DNA from: Hyphochytrium catenoides
Lineage: Eukaryota; Protista; Hyphochytriomycota
Reading direction: 5' to 3'
DNA length: 64,000 bases
Assembly (NCBI GenBank): GCA_900088475.1
Contig: FLMG01000261.1
Location: 62,001 to 126,000, forward strand
Every line of letters starts with the position of its first letter. Within the stretch, counting starts at the first letter, position 1. The notes below the pieces were generated by a model. The model did no database searches. It saw only the letters and a list, made by a program, of their open reading frames with translations, and was not told where the DNA came from. The translations under genes and the position numbers were made by a program. Shown here in pieces: positions 1-12,346 of this stretch.

Positions 1-571
1 TCATCGCCTGTGCCGTTTCAGTGCGCACGGTGAAGGCCTTTGGCACTCAGCCAGGGGATAACCCCGCTGGTGAGTACAACTTTTAGGGATAACCGTCGGC
101 TACCAAAGGAAACCTTCACTAGTTGATGAAGCTTTCAATAATGTGGAAGCAATCATTCTCCGTTAGCTTCCTTCTGTATCGCACGGCCGATTGAATTATT
201 CTCAATCCTAGTTTTCACCGAAAGCTTTGTGTTAAACTATTCTCAATAGTATCTCTCATTCTCACCAGAGGTTGCCAATAAAGCAGACATTATCTCCAAT
301 AGGTAAGCCTCGTTAAGCCTGGTACCTTATCACACTGTAGTAGTACATGTACTGTACAGTTGTAGTGCTGATTGCTTCTGATCCATTTTTGAGCAGCATT
401 CATTTCGGTAGCTTCTGATCATTTTCGGAGCTCGTTGGATCCGAGTCGCTCTGCATATAAGACATAAGAGAACAATCTCTCAGATCTCACTTTATCTTCT
501 CTCTGAGATCAGCTGATCGAGCTGGACAGCACCTTCAATCTTCATCAGCGCCGAAGAGGACAAGTGAGTGA
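1..571 (+). CDS. Probable 3' exons of an upstream unknown gene (partial)
   Basis: Open frame IACAVSVRTVKAFGTQPGDNPA ends at a g|gtgagt donor (~70). A phase-compatible exon 269-302 (cag|...|gtaagc) reads EVANKADIISNR, and a possible last exon ends at TGA 569-571. No recognisable homology. Confidence 0.3.
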
Positions 572-756
572 GTTGTCCAGCCATAGAGAATCGTAGTCAA
601 AGGCAGGTCCCGAGGTTGATACGTACAGTACTTCGATGGAGTGAATAGGCTGTGTGTGTCTGACTGTAGCCTGGCGGATTTGGGATGTCTGTGGAGAAGG
701 ACGAAGCAGACGTACTCAAACGCCACTCCTAACGGAAGAGAGAGTTGGAAGGCACG

Positions 757-3700
757 ATGGCTTCTTCAATGCAGCAAAAAGCGCTGAAGCTGGCTAAGGT
801 GGCGATAGAAACGAAGGATTATGAAGAAGCGCTCAAACAATGCCAGTTGGTAGGGCATCCTATACACACGTTTGGGTGAAACATTAATGACATCCACATC
901 CAGGCCCTTCAGTTCGATGCCAGGAACTTTCATGGCCAGATTTTCAGGGGCGTGGCCAATCTACATTTACGAAAGGTAAAGCACGGACTCGCTATCTGTT
1001 CTATGCACGGCAATAAGATAGTCCTACACAGTTCGAAGATAGCGAAACAGCCTTTCGAATGGCGGCAGAGCTGCAACCGGATAGCCCGCTAGCATGGAAG
1101 GTATGTTACTCTGGAGTCGTCACCGTGATTTCTGCTAGAATCCTCTTGCCCTCATTCGCTCTGACCAAACCAGGGTCTATACGAGTTGGCTACTGCGTCA
1201 GAGAATCTGCAGCTGCAGGTAGAGGCAGCTCTGCGAATGGCTAAGATAACAGCAAGGTACCTACCAGCCATAGGGCACATAGAAAGGGTGCGCATCGAGT
1301 ATGCTTTTGGCGCTAAGTGGGGTTGATCAGCAAGGGCAATCTAAGCAAGTCCCAGACGTTCCGGGTGGCTCTTGCTCAGATATATGCAAGGCTTAACAAA
1401 AGGGAGGAGGTAAATTTGACCGACCCTATCTTTTTATTCTGGTCCCAACAACATGATGGACTGTCTCTCAATGTAGGCCCTTGAGGTATGGGAGGACGTT
1501 CTAAAGACGGGCCTAGAACATCTCCAACAAGATGACGCCGAAATCAGTGAACTGCAGATTCGCATTGAGATTAGCACTCTATTGGTATGGCCGTATGCTG
1601 CATCACGGTTAGTTTCCATCCTCAAACCTGTCGAAATTGTCGCACCTTTTCCAGTTGGAAACTCGACAGGACGAGTCCGAGGCCTTCTGCTCAGCTTTTG
1701 AGGCTTTAGTCGAAAGTGCTTCAACTTCTCCTTCATGCTCCCCTTCACCTGAGTCGCAGCCAAGAGTTGAAAAGTTAGTGAACCATTACATAGCCCTGAA
1801 GCTAGCAGCGGCAGAGAAGGCGTCCAAGAAGAGAGATAAAGTCGCCCACATGCTTCAGCTTCATAGTGTTTCTAGAAATATCACCAAATGGCAGTTTCAG
1901 CTCCAGCTGCCGCTGGAGATGGTTCTATCATCCTATGAGGACGACGGTACCGGTAATCACCCTCAGCTTTTACCTTCAACGCTACTTGCTCCCCCATTAG
2001 GCACTCTTTCGTATTCATACGGACAATCGTCATGATGCTAAGGGCTACCTCGATATAAATCACTGCCAATGGGTGTGACTTTTTGCGCATAGATGTCACA
2101 GACGAAGAGGCATTGACGTTGGCTCAAAGGTTGATAGAAAACTTTCCCTGCTCTCCTTTGGGCAAAATATACAAAGCCAGGGACTTGTTCAACAGTGGGG
2201 ATTTGGCGGAGGTAGGTGAACCTGGATGAATATTAAGGGGTGGTATGAGGCTAGAGGGAGTGTATCGTTTCATCTCCGGACTCTTTCATGTCTCGCTCTT
2301 GAAGATTTTCTCATGCTTGTTCTTTTTTATCAGACCAACAAGTTACTGGCAGGAGCTCTAAGAGCTAATAGTTCCATCGCGCTTGGTTGGATAACCATAG
2401 CCCAGCTGCACCTCCTTGCTGGGACCGAAGTGTTTGACCCGGCGGGAGCAATTCGCTATTTGACCAAGGCAGACGAAGTGCTAAGTGAGAGGGAAAAGAA
2501 GTACGGTCTACCTCCGCGGTCAGCTAGGTAAAGCCAGTGGGCTTTGGCCACCGAAACTGCTCACCTTACTTGTAACATTTCGTCCTCGTGATGGCCTTCT
2601 TAAATCCCTCTGTCTGAGGTTTATTTGGGTGTCTATCTTTTATCCTATCGTAGGGGAACACGAGAGCACATTATTTCGTGTAAAGGAGAAGCATACATGC
2701 TCCTGGAAAAGTATGACGAGGCTCGGAGGGAGTATGCAAAGCTCCTTTCAACAAGACAGAACGAGGCGGCAATTCAAGCTATCTGCGCTTCTTACGTCAA
2801 AGAGTCAAATGTCGACGGAGCCAAGGAGTTCCTTCTGGAGTGCAGGTTCGGAACCGTACAAGTCTGCATGAAATTGTGCAGTTAATGAACTTCTCCTGCC
2901 CCATTTTGACACCTAGAGAAAAGGAGCCTGCTTCGATTTATGTAAGAGCAAAGCTCGGCTGGGTAGAAATAGAAAGAGGAGATTATTCGGCCGCTGTGGA
3001 GTATTTACAGGACACAATCACGTCCAGGCCAGAAGTGGCTGAGTATCACTTTCTCCTTGGCAAGGCTTACTGGCTTCGCGGCGGAGAGAAGCGTCAACGA
3101 AAAGAATACTGCTTTTCCAGCCTTTTGTCTGCCGCTAAGCTTGATCCTTACATGGCGGATACGTATGCCCTCTTGGGGTGTTGGTACCGAGAGGTGCAGA
3201 AGGATGAGACAAGGGCAAGTAAATGCCTGATGAAGGCCTTGTCTATAGATCCCACTTGCGAAGTGGCCGGGAAAGCACAATTTCAATATTTAAGGCATCA
3301 AAAACAAGATGTGTTGGCAATGACTCTGCTGGAGAGAGCGATCGGTGCCGGCAAGAAGGCGCTATGGGCATGGAGTTTATTGGGCCAAATGCAGCTCTCT
3401 CAACGTCAATATACAGCTTCAGTTCTGAGCTTTCAAAATGCTCTAAGGGGAGACCCTAGCGATTCTGTATCATGGGGAGGCCTAGGAATAGCATACGCCC
3501 TCCTAGGAAAGCATCTCGCATCGCACAAGGCCCTAAGGAGGTAAGGAAAGGCTAGATAATGGGAAAGAGAAAAACTCGAAACCAAGGTTCAACTGGTATC
3601 TAGCGTCCACCTTAATCAACATCTCCTTCATAGACTGGAACTCCACTGCACGTAGTTCTTGCTGACTCTCGGTACGTCTTTTTAGATCCGTGGACCTGAG

Positions 3701-6700
3701 CGATAGTGATGTCGTCATCCTCTATGAACTTGGAGTCGTGGAGGTGAAACTAGGACTGGTGGAGGACGCAATTGCACACCTCAACAGATCGGCGGACCTA
3801 GGTCTGAAAGGTGTGCTCCAGCTTAAGGCTATAGCTGAGGCTTTCCTGGCAAAAGCGAAACATGAGACGGAGTCCGGGTTCCACGGCAGGGCAATGGCGA
3901 GTCTTCGCCAAGGTTGGTCTTACTCCTGCCCGTCACTAGTTGTGGGGTTTCCACTTTTACTCTTTCTCACTTTTGATTCCCTACTCCCATGAAGAAGCGA
4001 ACACTCGGACTACATGTCGCAAAAGCGTAACTGTCCCTTCCTGCCGTCTAAGCATTAACTTGCGTAGCTACACTGCAACGTTTCCTTTACCCTCGACGAT
4101 TGCACCATACCCATACGCTGCGTCTGCGTAGGTTCCGAGTTCGCGTCCAGATGCACAAGAATCTGCCCTCACGATTCTTCGTTGTGGAAGCTATTAGGGG
4201 ATCTTCATACCTTTTCCTTTCTTGTCCCTGTGGCAGGGAACGATGTGAAAGGCGCTGAATACGGAACGCTAGGCCTGGACGACGGGAGCAAGCTAAGATT
4301 TCTTGCTGCTGGGGCAGCCGCTTATGCACAGCTAACAAGGTTGGAGAGTGCGGGATCGGAGGTTATGTATGATCTTGGAGTGAACTACTTTTATCAAGCT
4401 CAAGTCTTAAGGACAATGATGGGTGCTTCATCTGGGCTTCTGGAAAGAAGTAAGGCGGAATCAGCGGTGAGGGACGTCCTGGATCAGGCACGAGGTTGCT
4501 TTGTGAAAGCTCTTGATATTGATCCCTGTCATGCCCTAAGCTGGAATGCTCTGGCACTGTGTGCTACCGACCCACTAGTAAAGCAGCACTGCCTTGTGCG
4601 ATCTCTAGAGTTGCAGCATAATAGCAGTGCATGGTCCAACCTAGGCATGATGTATCTGCAGCTAGGCAAAACGGGTATGTTGCCTGTGTCTCTTAGATGG
4701 CTTGTGTAGGCTAAGCACTCTATCGTTTCATCTAGTTTGGTGGTGAAGTTCAACTCTATGTCCCTTAGATTTAAGCATGTGTGAGGACACCATTCACTTC
4801 CATGTCCGTGTCCATTGCTTTACATGCCTCATTTTGAGTAGGCCATTGCCAGTTACTTTAGCCTCTAATTGACCTTCCTACCTCTTCCGTCTTGCTTCTG
4901 ATCCCTACCATTTCCCATGCGTGGCAACACCCGTGTAGCACTTGCGCAAGATGCCTTTCTTGCTCTTCAGACTGTGGATCCTTCCAACCCCTTGCTGTGG
5001 ATTGGCCATGCGATCATGTCAGAAATGCTAGGAGAAGACACGGAGAAGGTGATTGCAGGATTTTCATGTGCCTTGGATGTACATAGTCATCCGGAAAGCC
5101 AACTGGGCCTTGCCTACAACCACCTCTCAGAAGGAGGTACGCCCACTTCCTGCCGTCATTGTAGATACCTTTCTCATATCTATCTTTGTACCGCTGAGCC
5201 CTTCCGTTAACTTTTTCTCTTTCCCACCTAATCACAACGAGTTCCGATGTGTGGCAGCTGGTTTGTGACCCTACACCTCGAAAAGCTCTCTAACATAGGG
5301 ATTCTCATCTCCTGCTCAAAGATCCCCCGTGCTAACTCTCCTCTCCTCCTTCAGAATGCCCTGTTATGCTATCATTTTACCTAAGAAGCTACCTGGAGGG
5401 CGACGAGAATAATCCTTTGGCTTATAATATGTGCGGAGCCGTGCTCCAGATGATTGGTCAACACTCGGCTGCCGTGAAAGCGTTTGAAAGGGCTCTTGAG
5501 CTTCTTAACCAGCAGCATGGCCATACGTCTACGGCGCCTACGTCGGAGGCAAAAGGAGCGATTGAGATAAACAAAGCTTGGAGTTTGGCTATCCTTGGCC
5601 GCCATTCGGAGGCAGAACAATTTTTATCAACTTGTGATGCAGAGGATCCGGCTGTAGCGCTCCTTTCAGCAATGGTTTGAACCACTTGTTTCTTGATTAT
5701 CCTTTCAGCAATGGTCTGAACCACTTGTTTGTTGATTACTCACCCACCGCGCATGCCAGCATTTTCCGTTCTGCTACTCAGTTAATTCCTCTTGCTATCC
5801 AAATGATGACTTCTGCCATTATATGTCCCAAAAGCCTATGGTATCTAAACAGTGACATCTCTAGCTTGAGCACACCAAACGGCGTCCAAAGAGGTCCATT
5901 CAGACTTTAGCGAATATTCTGGATAATAAACAAGGCATGCTTGGGGACGACCGCCTGCGAGAGGCTATCCAGCTTCAGCTCCTTAGAGCACTCTCGGCGT
6001 CTACGCGAGCTTCAGATGATGAAATGGATACGGGACCAGGGAATGAAGGCGTCATATTGAGGTTGCTACAAGGACGATCCCCAACCCCTATCGTTATTAG
6101 AGCCTGTGGACTAGTGGCGGCGATGGCGCAATGGCCGTCGAGCTTAGAAGTTGCAGTTGAAGGGCTAGGCGTCCTTGGAGGACTGTGGAGTCGCGAAGCA
6201 TCCTTCCTACAGTTAATCAGCGTGATCAAGAAAGGTAAGAATCAATCGCCGTGCATGTATACTTCTGCTCTCCCTTTCTCTCAATAAAAGGTGTCACAAC
6301 GAATGATGGCTGAGTGTGGAGTCCATCAATTTTTAAACTTGGCCACCATTCTTTAGAAAAGGAGTTTCGGGTCTATGGTCACGGTTTGGACAATATATTA
6401 TAATCAGGCGGCCAGTGACGGGGCAAGTCGGCAATTCCTAGTTAGGCATTTCCTACTGTAGGAGGGGCATCTGGTCACTCACATGGCATGACCCTTGTAC
6501 TTAGCAATCTAGTAACCTTGCTTCCTCCGTTGCCTTGAAATAGGGGTCGGAGCGCAGGAGGCCGAGCGTGCTGCTCTGAAACATCTGCATCGTTACCCGG
6601 AGGACGTAAGGGCATGGACGATCAGCTCGACCTTACTAATGGCGAAGGTCCAGTGGGGCTCCACAACTCTTGCTTCAAAAGCTGCCATTGAAGGATATCG

Positions 6701-7574
6701 AACGCTGGATGTCACATCCGATGATTCGTATAACCTGCGAAGAGTGTTGCGCAGTCTATCACAGTCCGCTGCGTCTGACTTGGATGACAAAGCAGTGGTT
6801 GCTGCCCAAAAGCACGTATTTCTCTACCCAGATGACCCCCATGGTTATGTGCTTCTTGCCAGTGCCCTGGCTGCGCGGTCGAGCATACGAAGATATGGCC
6901 CAGATTCCCTAAGGTCGGAGATGCTGCTGTCTTATAGCCGGACTTTGTGTGGAGATTTTGGACCTGCCGAGCTATCATTACTTGCGGAAGGAGTACTAAA
7001 GTCCAATGGCCCACTTCAGAGCTTCAATGACATAGTCAAGGAGCTCCAAGAAACCTCCACGCCTCTATTAGGCTCCCTCCTAGCGGCACGTCATCTGAAA
7101 CAATGTGGTCGGTTTGACTCGATGTGGGCAGAGTATCGAGCAGCTCTGAAGGCTTCTCCAACCTCCCACGACGAAGCGCAAATATGGCTAGAAGTGGCAA
7201 CGACTTTGCGACAGCTCGGGCTCTTCAACCAGGCAGAGATAGCTGTGAAAGGGGCACTTAGTCTCAGCAATCTAATGGAAAGCGAGACAATAGCGAGCCA
7301 AGATCATACAGCACTCCTTAACTTAGGTCTAGTCTTGTATCAGAATGGGGGTTTTGGCAAAGCAAAAGAGGCACTAACAGCTGTGGAGCATTTGGCTAGT
7401 CTATATCCCGACTCCGTTGAAGTCTCCGTTTTACAGGCAGCCCTTCTCGTGAGACTTCGCAAGGTGAACAAGGCACAACATCTCATTGAGACTCTGAAGG
7501 AAAAGTATAAGAGTCAGGATGCAGCACACCTAGTTGAACGGGTAGAGAGTTTAGTCCTTTCTTCGTCCCAATGA
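757..7574 (+). CDS. SKI3: SKI complex TPR subunit SKI3/TTC37 (multi-exon)
   Basis: Spliced N-terminus MASSMQQKALKLAKVAIETKDYEEALKQCQL|ALQFDARNFHGQIFRGVA...AFRMAAELQPDSPLAWK|GLYEL parallels the TTC37 N-terminus ([21 protein letters not shown]...AAELEPDQLLAWQGL). Many TPR repeats follow (LSAAKLDPYMADTYALLGCWY; FQNALRGDPSDSVSWGGLGIAY; KQHCLVRSLELQHNSSAWSNLGMMYL). Last exon ORF ends TGA 7574. Confidence 0.88.
5661..5738 (+). repeat. 39-bp tandem duplication spanning a SKI3 exon/intron junction
   Basis: tcctttcagcaatggtttgaaccacttgtttcttgatta followed by tcctttcagcaatggtctgaaccacttgtttgttgatta (2 mismatches). Confidence 0.9.
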
Positions 7575-7734
7575 GCTGTCTACCAGAAGCTGCTACAACG
7601 ATGGTGCTAACGATTAGCATATATTTATCTGCGCAAAGAGGTCCCAATCCTTTGGTACTCTGCAACGTAGACGATTCTGAATTTCCTCCAATTCATCACC
7701 TCCACATCTTCCATAAGGTCGTTCAAACGGCAGG

Positions 7735-10200
7735 CTACATGTCTTGAACGGACCAAAGATACGCTTCCTCCTTTTGAGCTGTCTTCTTGGTTTGATGGGC
7801 AATGACACGCTGCTCCCAATTGTTTCCTCTCACGATGCCATCCCACCGATGACCTGGTAGAATGCCGAACCTTTAACATGATGGCGACAGTATATGGAGA
7901 TGTTAGAGAACCAGGGCAACCTTGAGACGTCCGGCAGAAGCAGATTATACGCCACTGACCTGTTGGGGGGTGGAGGAGGGCCCTTGTAGACGGGTTTGAG
8001 AGGCTTTCCCTGTCTTTTGGCAGCATTCTATGGTGAACTCAGGATTAGACACTTGCCAGTTGGCCGTGGAAGGTAATAAGGAAGAAAGAGGAATACGTCG
8101 AGAGGTAGTACCTTTTTAACATACTCCGCCATGGGATCATCGGCAAGGATTCGGTTTCGAAGCTCATTATCCACCCTTTCATCATTGATGTAGCGGGCAA
8201 AAGGCTGCAAGTACACGACGACGCGCACTTTAGACGAGCAAACCGAGGAATTAAAGAGCAATAGGTAGCCTCCGCAGGTGTAGGTCACGTGCTATACAGA
8301 TGAGCAGGTTGCAATACCTGTTCCTTCAGCTCCTCTAGCTCTTTGTGTTTGTCCACTACCTCGCGCTTTTGCACCTTCCCACTGTCAGAAGCAGCCACAC
8401 AAAGAAACCCGAGGGGGGAAACGGAAGACAACAATGTAGACTTCATCTTAGAGTGTCTACTTAGCGGGTTGAGAAAGAACCAACGGCTTTCTTACGTTCC
8501 CCATTCATACTCCTCCTGAGCTTCTTTCTTTGCTTTTCCCTCCAAAATGTCTCGTTGGCGCATCATTTCCGTCAGCATATCCAGCTTTCTGCCTGCAGTG
8601 TGGAGCCACATCAGCGAAGGCCTCGTACTTGCCAATACTCTCTTTACTCTGTCACTAGCACTAACGCTACTTCTTCATTGTCAAAATGATCCTCTTACCT
8701 CTGGCATCCCTGTAGACTGTCTCTGTGTCTTTTCCGAGCTGATCTTCGGCCAAATTCGCTAGCTTCCGTTTTTCTTCTGCAAGCTTCTCCCTTTGCTGGG
8801 CACTGAAAGAAGAGCCCGTATGTAATCCAGCGGTAAATCCCGCACCCGTCTTTTCTTGTCTTTGATTCGTCTTGTTTCTCTCCTCATTTTCACCTCCGTC
8901 TACTTTGCTGGTTCTCGCATTAGGATTTGGGCGACCCGGAGACGCGCTTGCGAGGCGAGATGGTGAAGTTCCGCTGTCTAATCTCTTTCTTCGGATGGAC
9001 GTTTTCCCCACACCTCCTCCTCTTCTGGGAGGAGACGCATCGCTATCAAGTCTGGCTCTTCTTGGCGGTGAAGGATCACCTTTCCTCCTTCTTGGAGGAG
9101 ATGCATCGCTATTCTGCCTCGTCCGCCTTTGTGGAGAGGCATCCCTGTCTCCTTTGTTTGGCAAAAGATCCAAGCTTTCATTAGCTGGCCTGCGTCGGCT
9201 AGAAGAAGATCCTACTTGGCGACCTTGCCGCGGCGGCGAAGCATCACTATCAAGTCTCCGCCTTCGTGAACTGGATCGGAGCTTAGAATTACTTCTCCCG
9301 TCCGTGGCAGAATAATCAGTGGTGGTGTTTCCTACAAAGAGAGCGGCTCCTCGGGTCTCTCTATTCTTCCTTGGAGAGGATGTGTCACTGTCTAACCTCC
9401 TCCTCCTCGGTGGCGAGCTATCGGCTGCTGACATACCCTGCCTTGGAGGAGAGGTATCACTATCTAGTCTTCTCCTCCGGGGTGGTGATGGGTCACTGTC
9501 TAGTCTTCTTCTCCGCGGAGGTGATGGGTCACTGTCTAGCCTTTTCCTTCGCGGGGGTGACACGTCCTGATCTCTGTCTTCTCTGAGAATGAGGTATAAG
9601 ACGTAGACAGTAGTCAAAGAAAAGCATTACTTCCAATGTCGAGTACACAATTACAAGTATCGGGGATACTGACATTTTCCGGTCGCCCCCTGCAATGTAG
9701 AGGGTAGGGTTAGATGGGCAATGAGAGCAAGATGCTGAAGGACACCATACCTTTCTTCTTGTGGAGCTCCTCGGCTACTTCTTCCCAGCTTCCCAGTGCT
9801 TTCCCTACTGCCCTTTCGCTCCTTTCTGGTTCTTCGAGCCGAACAATGGTGGGCCTGTCCTCTGCAAGTGTTGCCTTAGCTCTTTACCTTTAAGACATTT
9901 CAAGACATGGTGAGAAGCCCAACAACCTTCATCCTCTGAGTTCTTCCAATCATTAGCTTCGCTAGATCTGGCTCGAGGTTGAAGCTCGGCTAAGTGCACA
10001 TCACTATCATGTATACGCAAGCCCTGATGTGTGCTGCTGCTCCCTTTTTTACGGATCTTCTTCCTTTTCTTGTCCCCGGAGGATCCTGGTCAAATTCTAT
10101 GTCAGAAATCTCCATTTAGATGGTGCTTGAGATAGAGGAGGGAGGCCACACTACCGGGAGCGGACATATATTTCTGGAGGTACTCTAGTTTGGAGGTCAT
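7735..10200 (-). CDS. BUD13: RES complex pre-mRNA splicing factor BUD13/CWC26 (multi-exon)
   Basis: Starts MTSKLEYLQKYMS. Contains many D-x-S-P-P-R-R-R repeats and a C-terminal Bud13 domain (GKDTETVYRDARG|RKLDM...PFARYINDERVDNELRNRILADDPMAEY...YKGPPPPPNR|FGILPGHRWDGIVRGNNWE...EEAYLWSVQDM*). Stop TAG at 7735-7737. Confidence 0.93.
8960..9570 (-). repeat. Coding repeat array in BUD13 (~12-aa SPPRRRRLDSD units, 36-nt period near 9470-9560)
   Basis: ORF 8667..9617 shows repeated (P/T/A)SPPRRRRLDSD units, a known BUD13 feature. Confidence 0.85.
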
Positions 10201-10893
10201 CCCGCTTTTGGGGTGCAGACTGTGCAGACAATGCCGCCAGAACGAGCTGCTAAAATAAACTCTTTCCTGTCAAGCCATAAGTGTCCTATCAGCTGTTGGT
10301 TGCTTATCACTGGACGCCTCAAGCAGCACACTATCACCACCTAAAGTGAAACGTAGCACTCGCCCATTATTGAGAAAGCTCCGTCCAAACAGTGCTCTGA
10401 TCTCCAGATGTTCAGGAAGAATAGGCATAGATAGACCTTTGACCTTGGGAAGAGTAGAGAGCAGAGCTGGGAACTGCAATGCCTCAGGATTGCGTCATTT
10501 TTAGAACTAAGAAGCATTATCTTCCCTATTGTTACACACTCCTCACATTTAGGACTGAAACAATCCCCTCAGTGGAAGTCTATGATAGCTAACATATGCG
10601 TCATAATTAGGACGTGACGGGTTCATCTCTATCCCTATTTCCAACCACTATACTACCGCTAACGGTACTGTAGTAAGCTCTGATTGTCCCGTTCTCATCG
10701 TTCGGCGATTTGGCTTCGATGGTGGATGCAGACGAATGTACCATGCTTTTGAGCTTCAAGGTTGCTCTTGGCAAAGAGTCTCATACACTTCTCATACGCA
10801 ATAGTCCGCACGGCCCCTCGGCACCGATTGATACCGATTGAAGAGCATCCTGCTCGGCTTGCCCAGTTCTTGTTAGAGCAAGTGTTCAGAAGG
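10201..10893. promoter_or_regulatory. Probable bidirectional promoter BUD13 / NDUFAF6
   Basis: ~690 bp between divergent start codons (positional inference only). Confidence 0.5.
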
Positions 10894-12346
10894 ATGCGTC
10901 ATGTTAGAGAGATGATGGGTAGGGGGATAAATCTTAGTTCTCGCTGGCGGAGGCCAATTACGCGCGGCTTCAGCACACATCAAGACTCACAGGGGCGCGT
11001 GCTGGTAAAGGCTAGCGAAGCAGATCATGCGCATTGCAAGGACTACGTCAGGTCAGTACTGGCGGGTTTTATGATGAGTTCTGCGCATGTGTTTGTTTCT
11101 AATCAAATGCAAACAGAAATAACGACATCGAGCAGTTCTTGGCTGGCTTACTCCTTCCTAGACACATACAACGACCATTTTTTGCCATTGTAAGTGGGAC
11201 CATGTCTCCAGCTCTGCCCTTCTCGACTAGGAGCTAATATTCCTGTACACTTCGTCAAACTGCCGCCAAGCGAGCGTTCAACTTGGAAACTTCCAAACTG
11301 AAGGAGGCTGTTAACTACAATGCTTCCACCGGCACATTGCGAATGCAGTGGTGGAGAGACGTCATCGACCAGGTCTATAAGGTACGCACTGGGACGTTAA
11401 TGCGGGCCGTACCCTCGTACTTACAGTCCTAACAGTGCTGCTTGTTCTTTGAAGGGAACACCTCCAAGAGGACACCCGATCATAGTACCGCTTGCGGAGA
11501 CCATTCGCGAGTTTGGGTTAACTAGGAGGCACTTTGAGAGAATTTTAGATGCGAGGGTAAGCGGGGCTGTCTTTATTGGAAAAGTTATGGCTTCTGATGG
11601 CTGGCTGGTGGCAGTTCAAAGACCTTGAAACAATGCAGCCGGAAACGTTATCTGATGTGGAAGACTATGCGGAGTCTACGGCCTCCAGTCTTCTCTACAT
11701 AGCTCTAGAGTTGCTGAAGGTATCGGATGACGATACATTCATGGCCGCAAGGTAAGCCGCCGCAGACCTCCTCTAAAGCAGTTGTTTGCATCATGGTTTG
11801 CTCTCTGCTGAAGTTATATGGGTCGAGCGATTGGTATTGCAACGCGATTACGGTCTACGCCCTTTACAGCTGCCAGAGGTGAGACGGTCTTTCCAAAGGA
11901 CCTGATGGCCAAGGTAGGATATGTAAGGTTTAGTCCCACAGCAGCTGGTGTTGACTCTCGGCTTTCCTAAGCATCAAAAGCGAACAACAGATGTCCGCCA
12001 ATGCTTGCAGGACCCATCCAAGGGGGAGGAGCTTGTCGATGTAGCTTTTGACATGGCCTGTGTGGCCAACGCATACGTTGAGGATAGCCGGGCCCTAAAG
12101 GGCAAAGTAGACAATAGAGCCATATCGATCCTTCGATCAGGGGTAAGGCATGATTAACTTGTTTTACAAGCCATTCTATTCTCTGCTAACGGACGTTCTG
12201 GCTTTGGAGTGCAGGTAGGTGCCGCTGTGTACCTGAAACTCCTTGAGAAGTACGGCTTCAACCCCTTCGATGCCCGTCTATTCAACCGATCGCACCTCCC
12301 CGTTCAACTGGAGTTGACAAAAAGGTGGCTCTTGGGGAGTTACTAA
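10894..12346 (+). CDS. NDUFAF6: Mitochondrial complex I assembly factor NDUFAF6 (squalene/phytoene synthase fold), 8 exons
   Basis: Arg-rich transit-like N-terminus, then HCKDYVR|NNDIEQFLAGLLLP...FFAI|RAFNLETSKLKE...LRMQWWRDVIDQVYK|GTPPRGHP...LTRRHFERILDAR|...DVEDYAESTASSLLY...YLKLLEKYGFNPFD. Stop TAA 12344-12346. Confidence 0.9.

Noticed and set aside
9400-9570. 36-nt periodic repeats resembling a CRISPR array
   Set aside because: Contiguous coding repeats without unique spacers, inside eukaryotic BUD13, and no cas genes.
8872-9586. Repetitive + strand ORFs (GGDGSLSSLLLR repeats)
   Set aside because: Antisense shadows of the BUD13 SPPRRR repeat exon.
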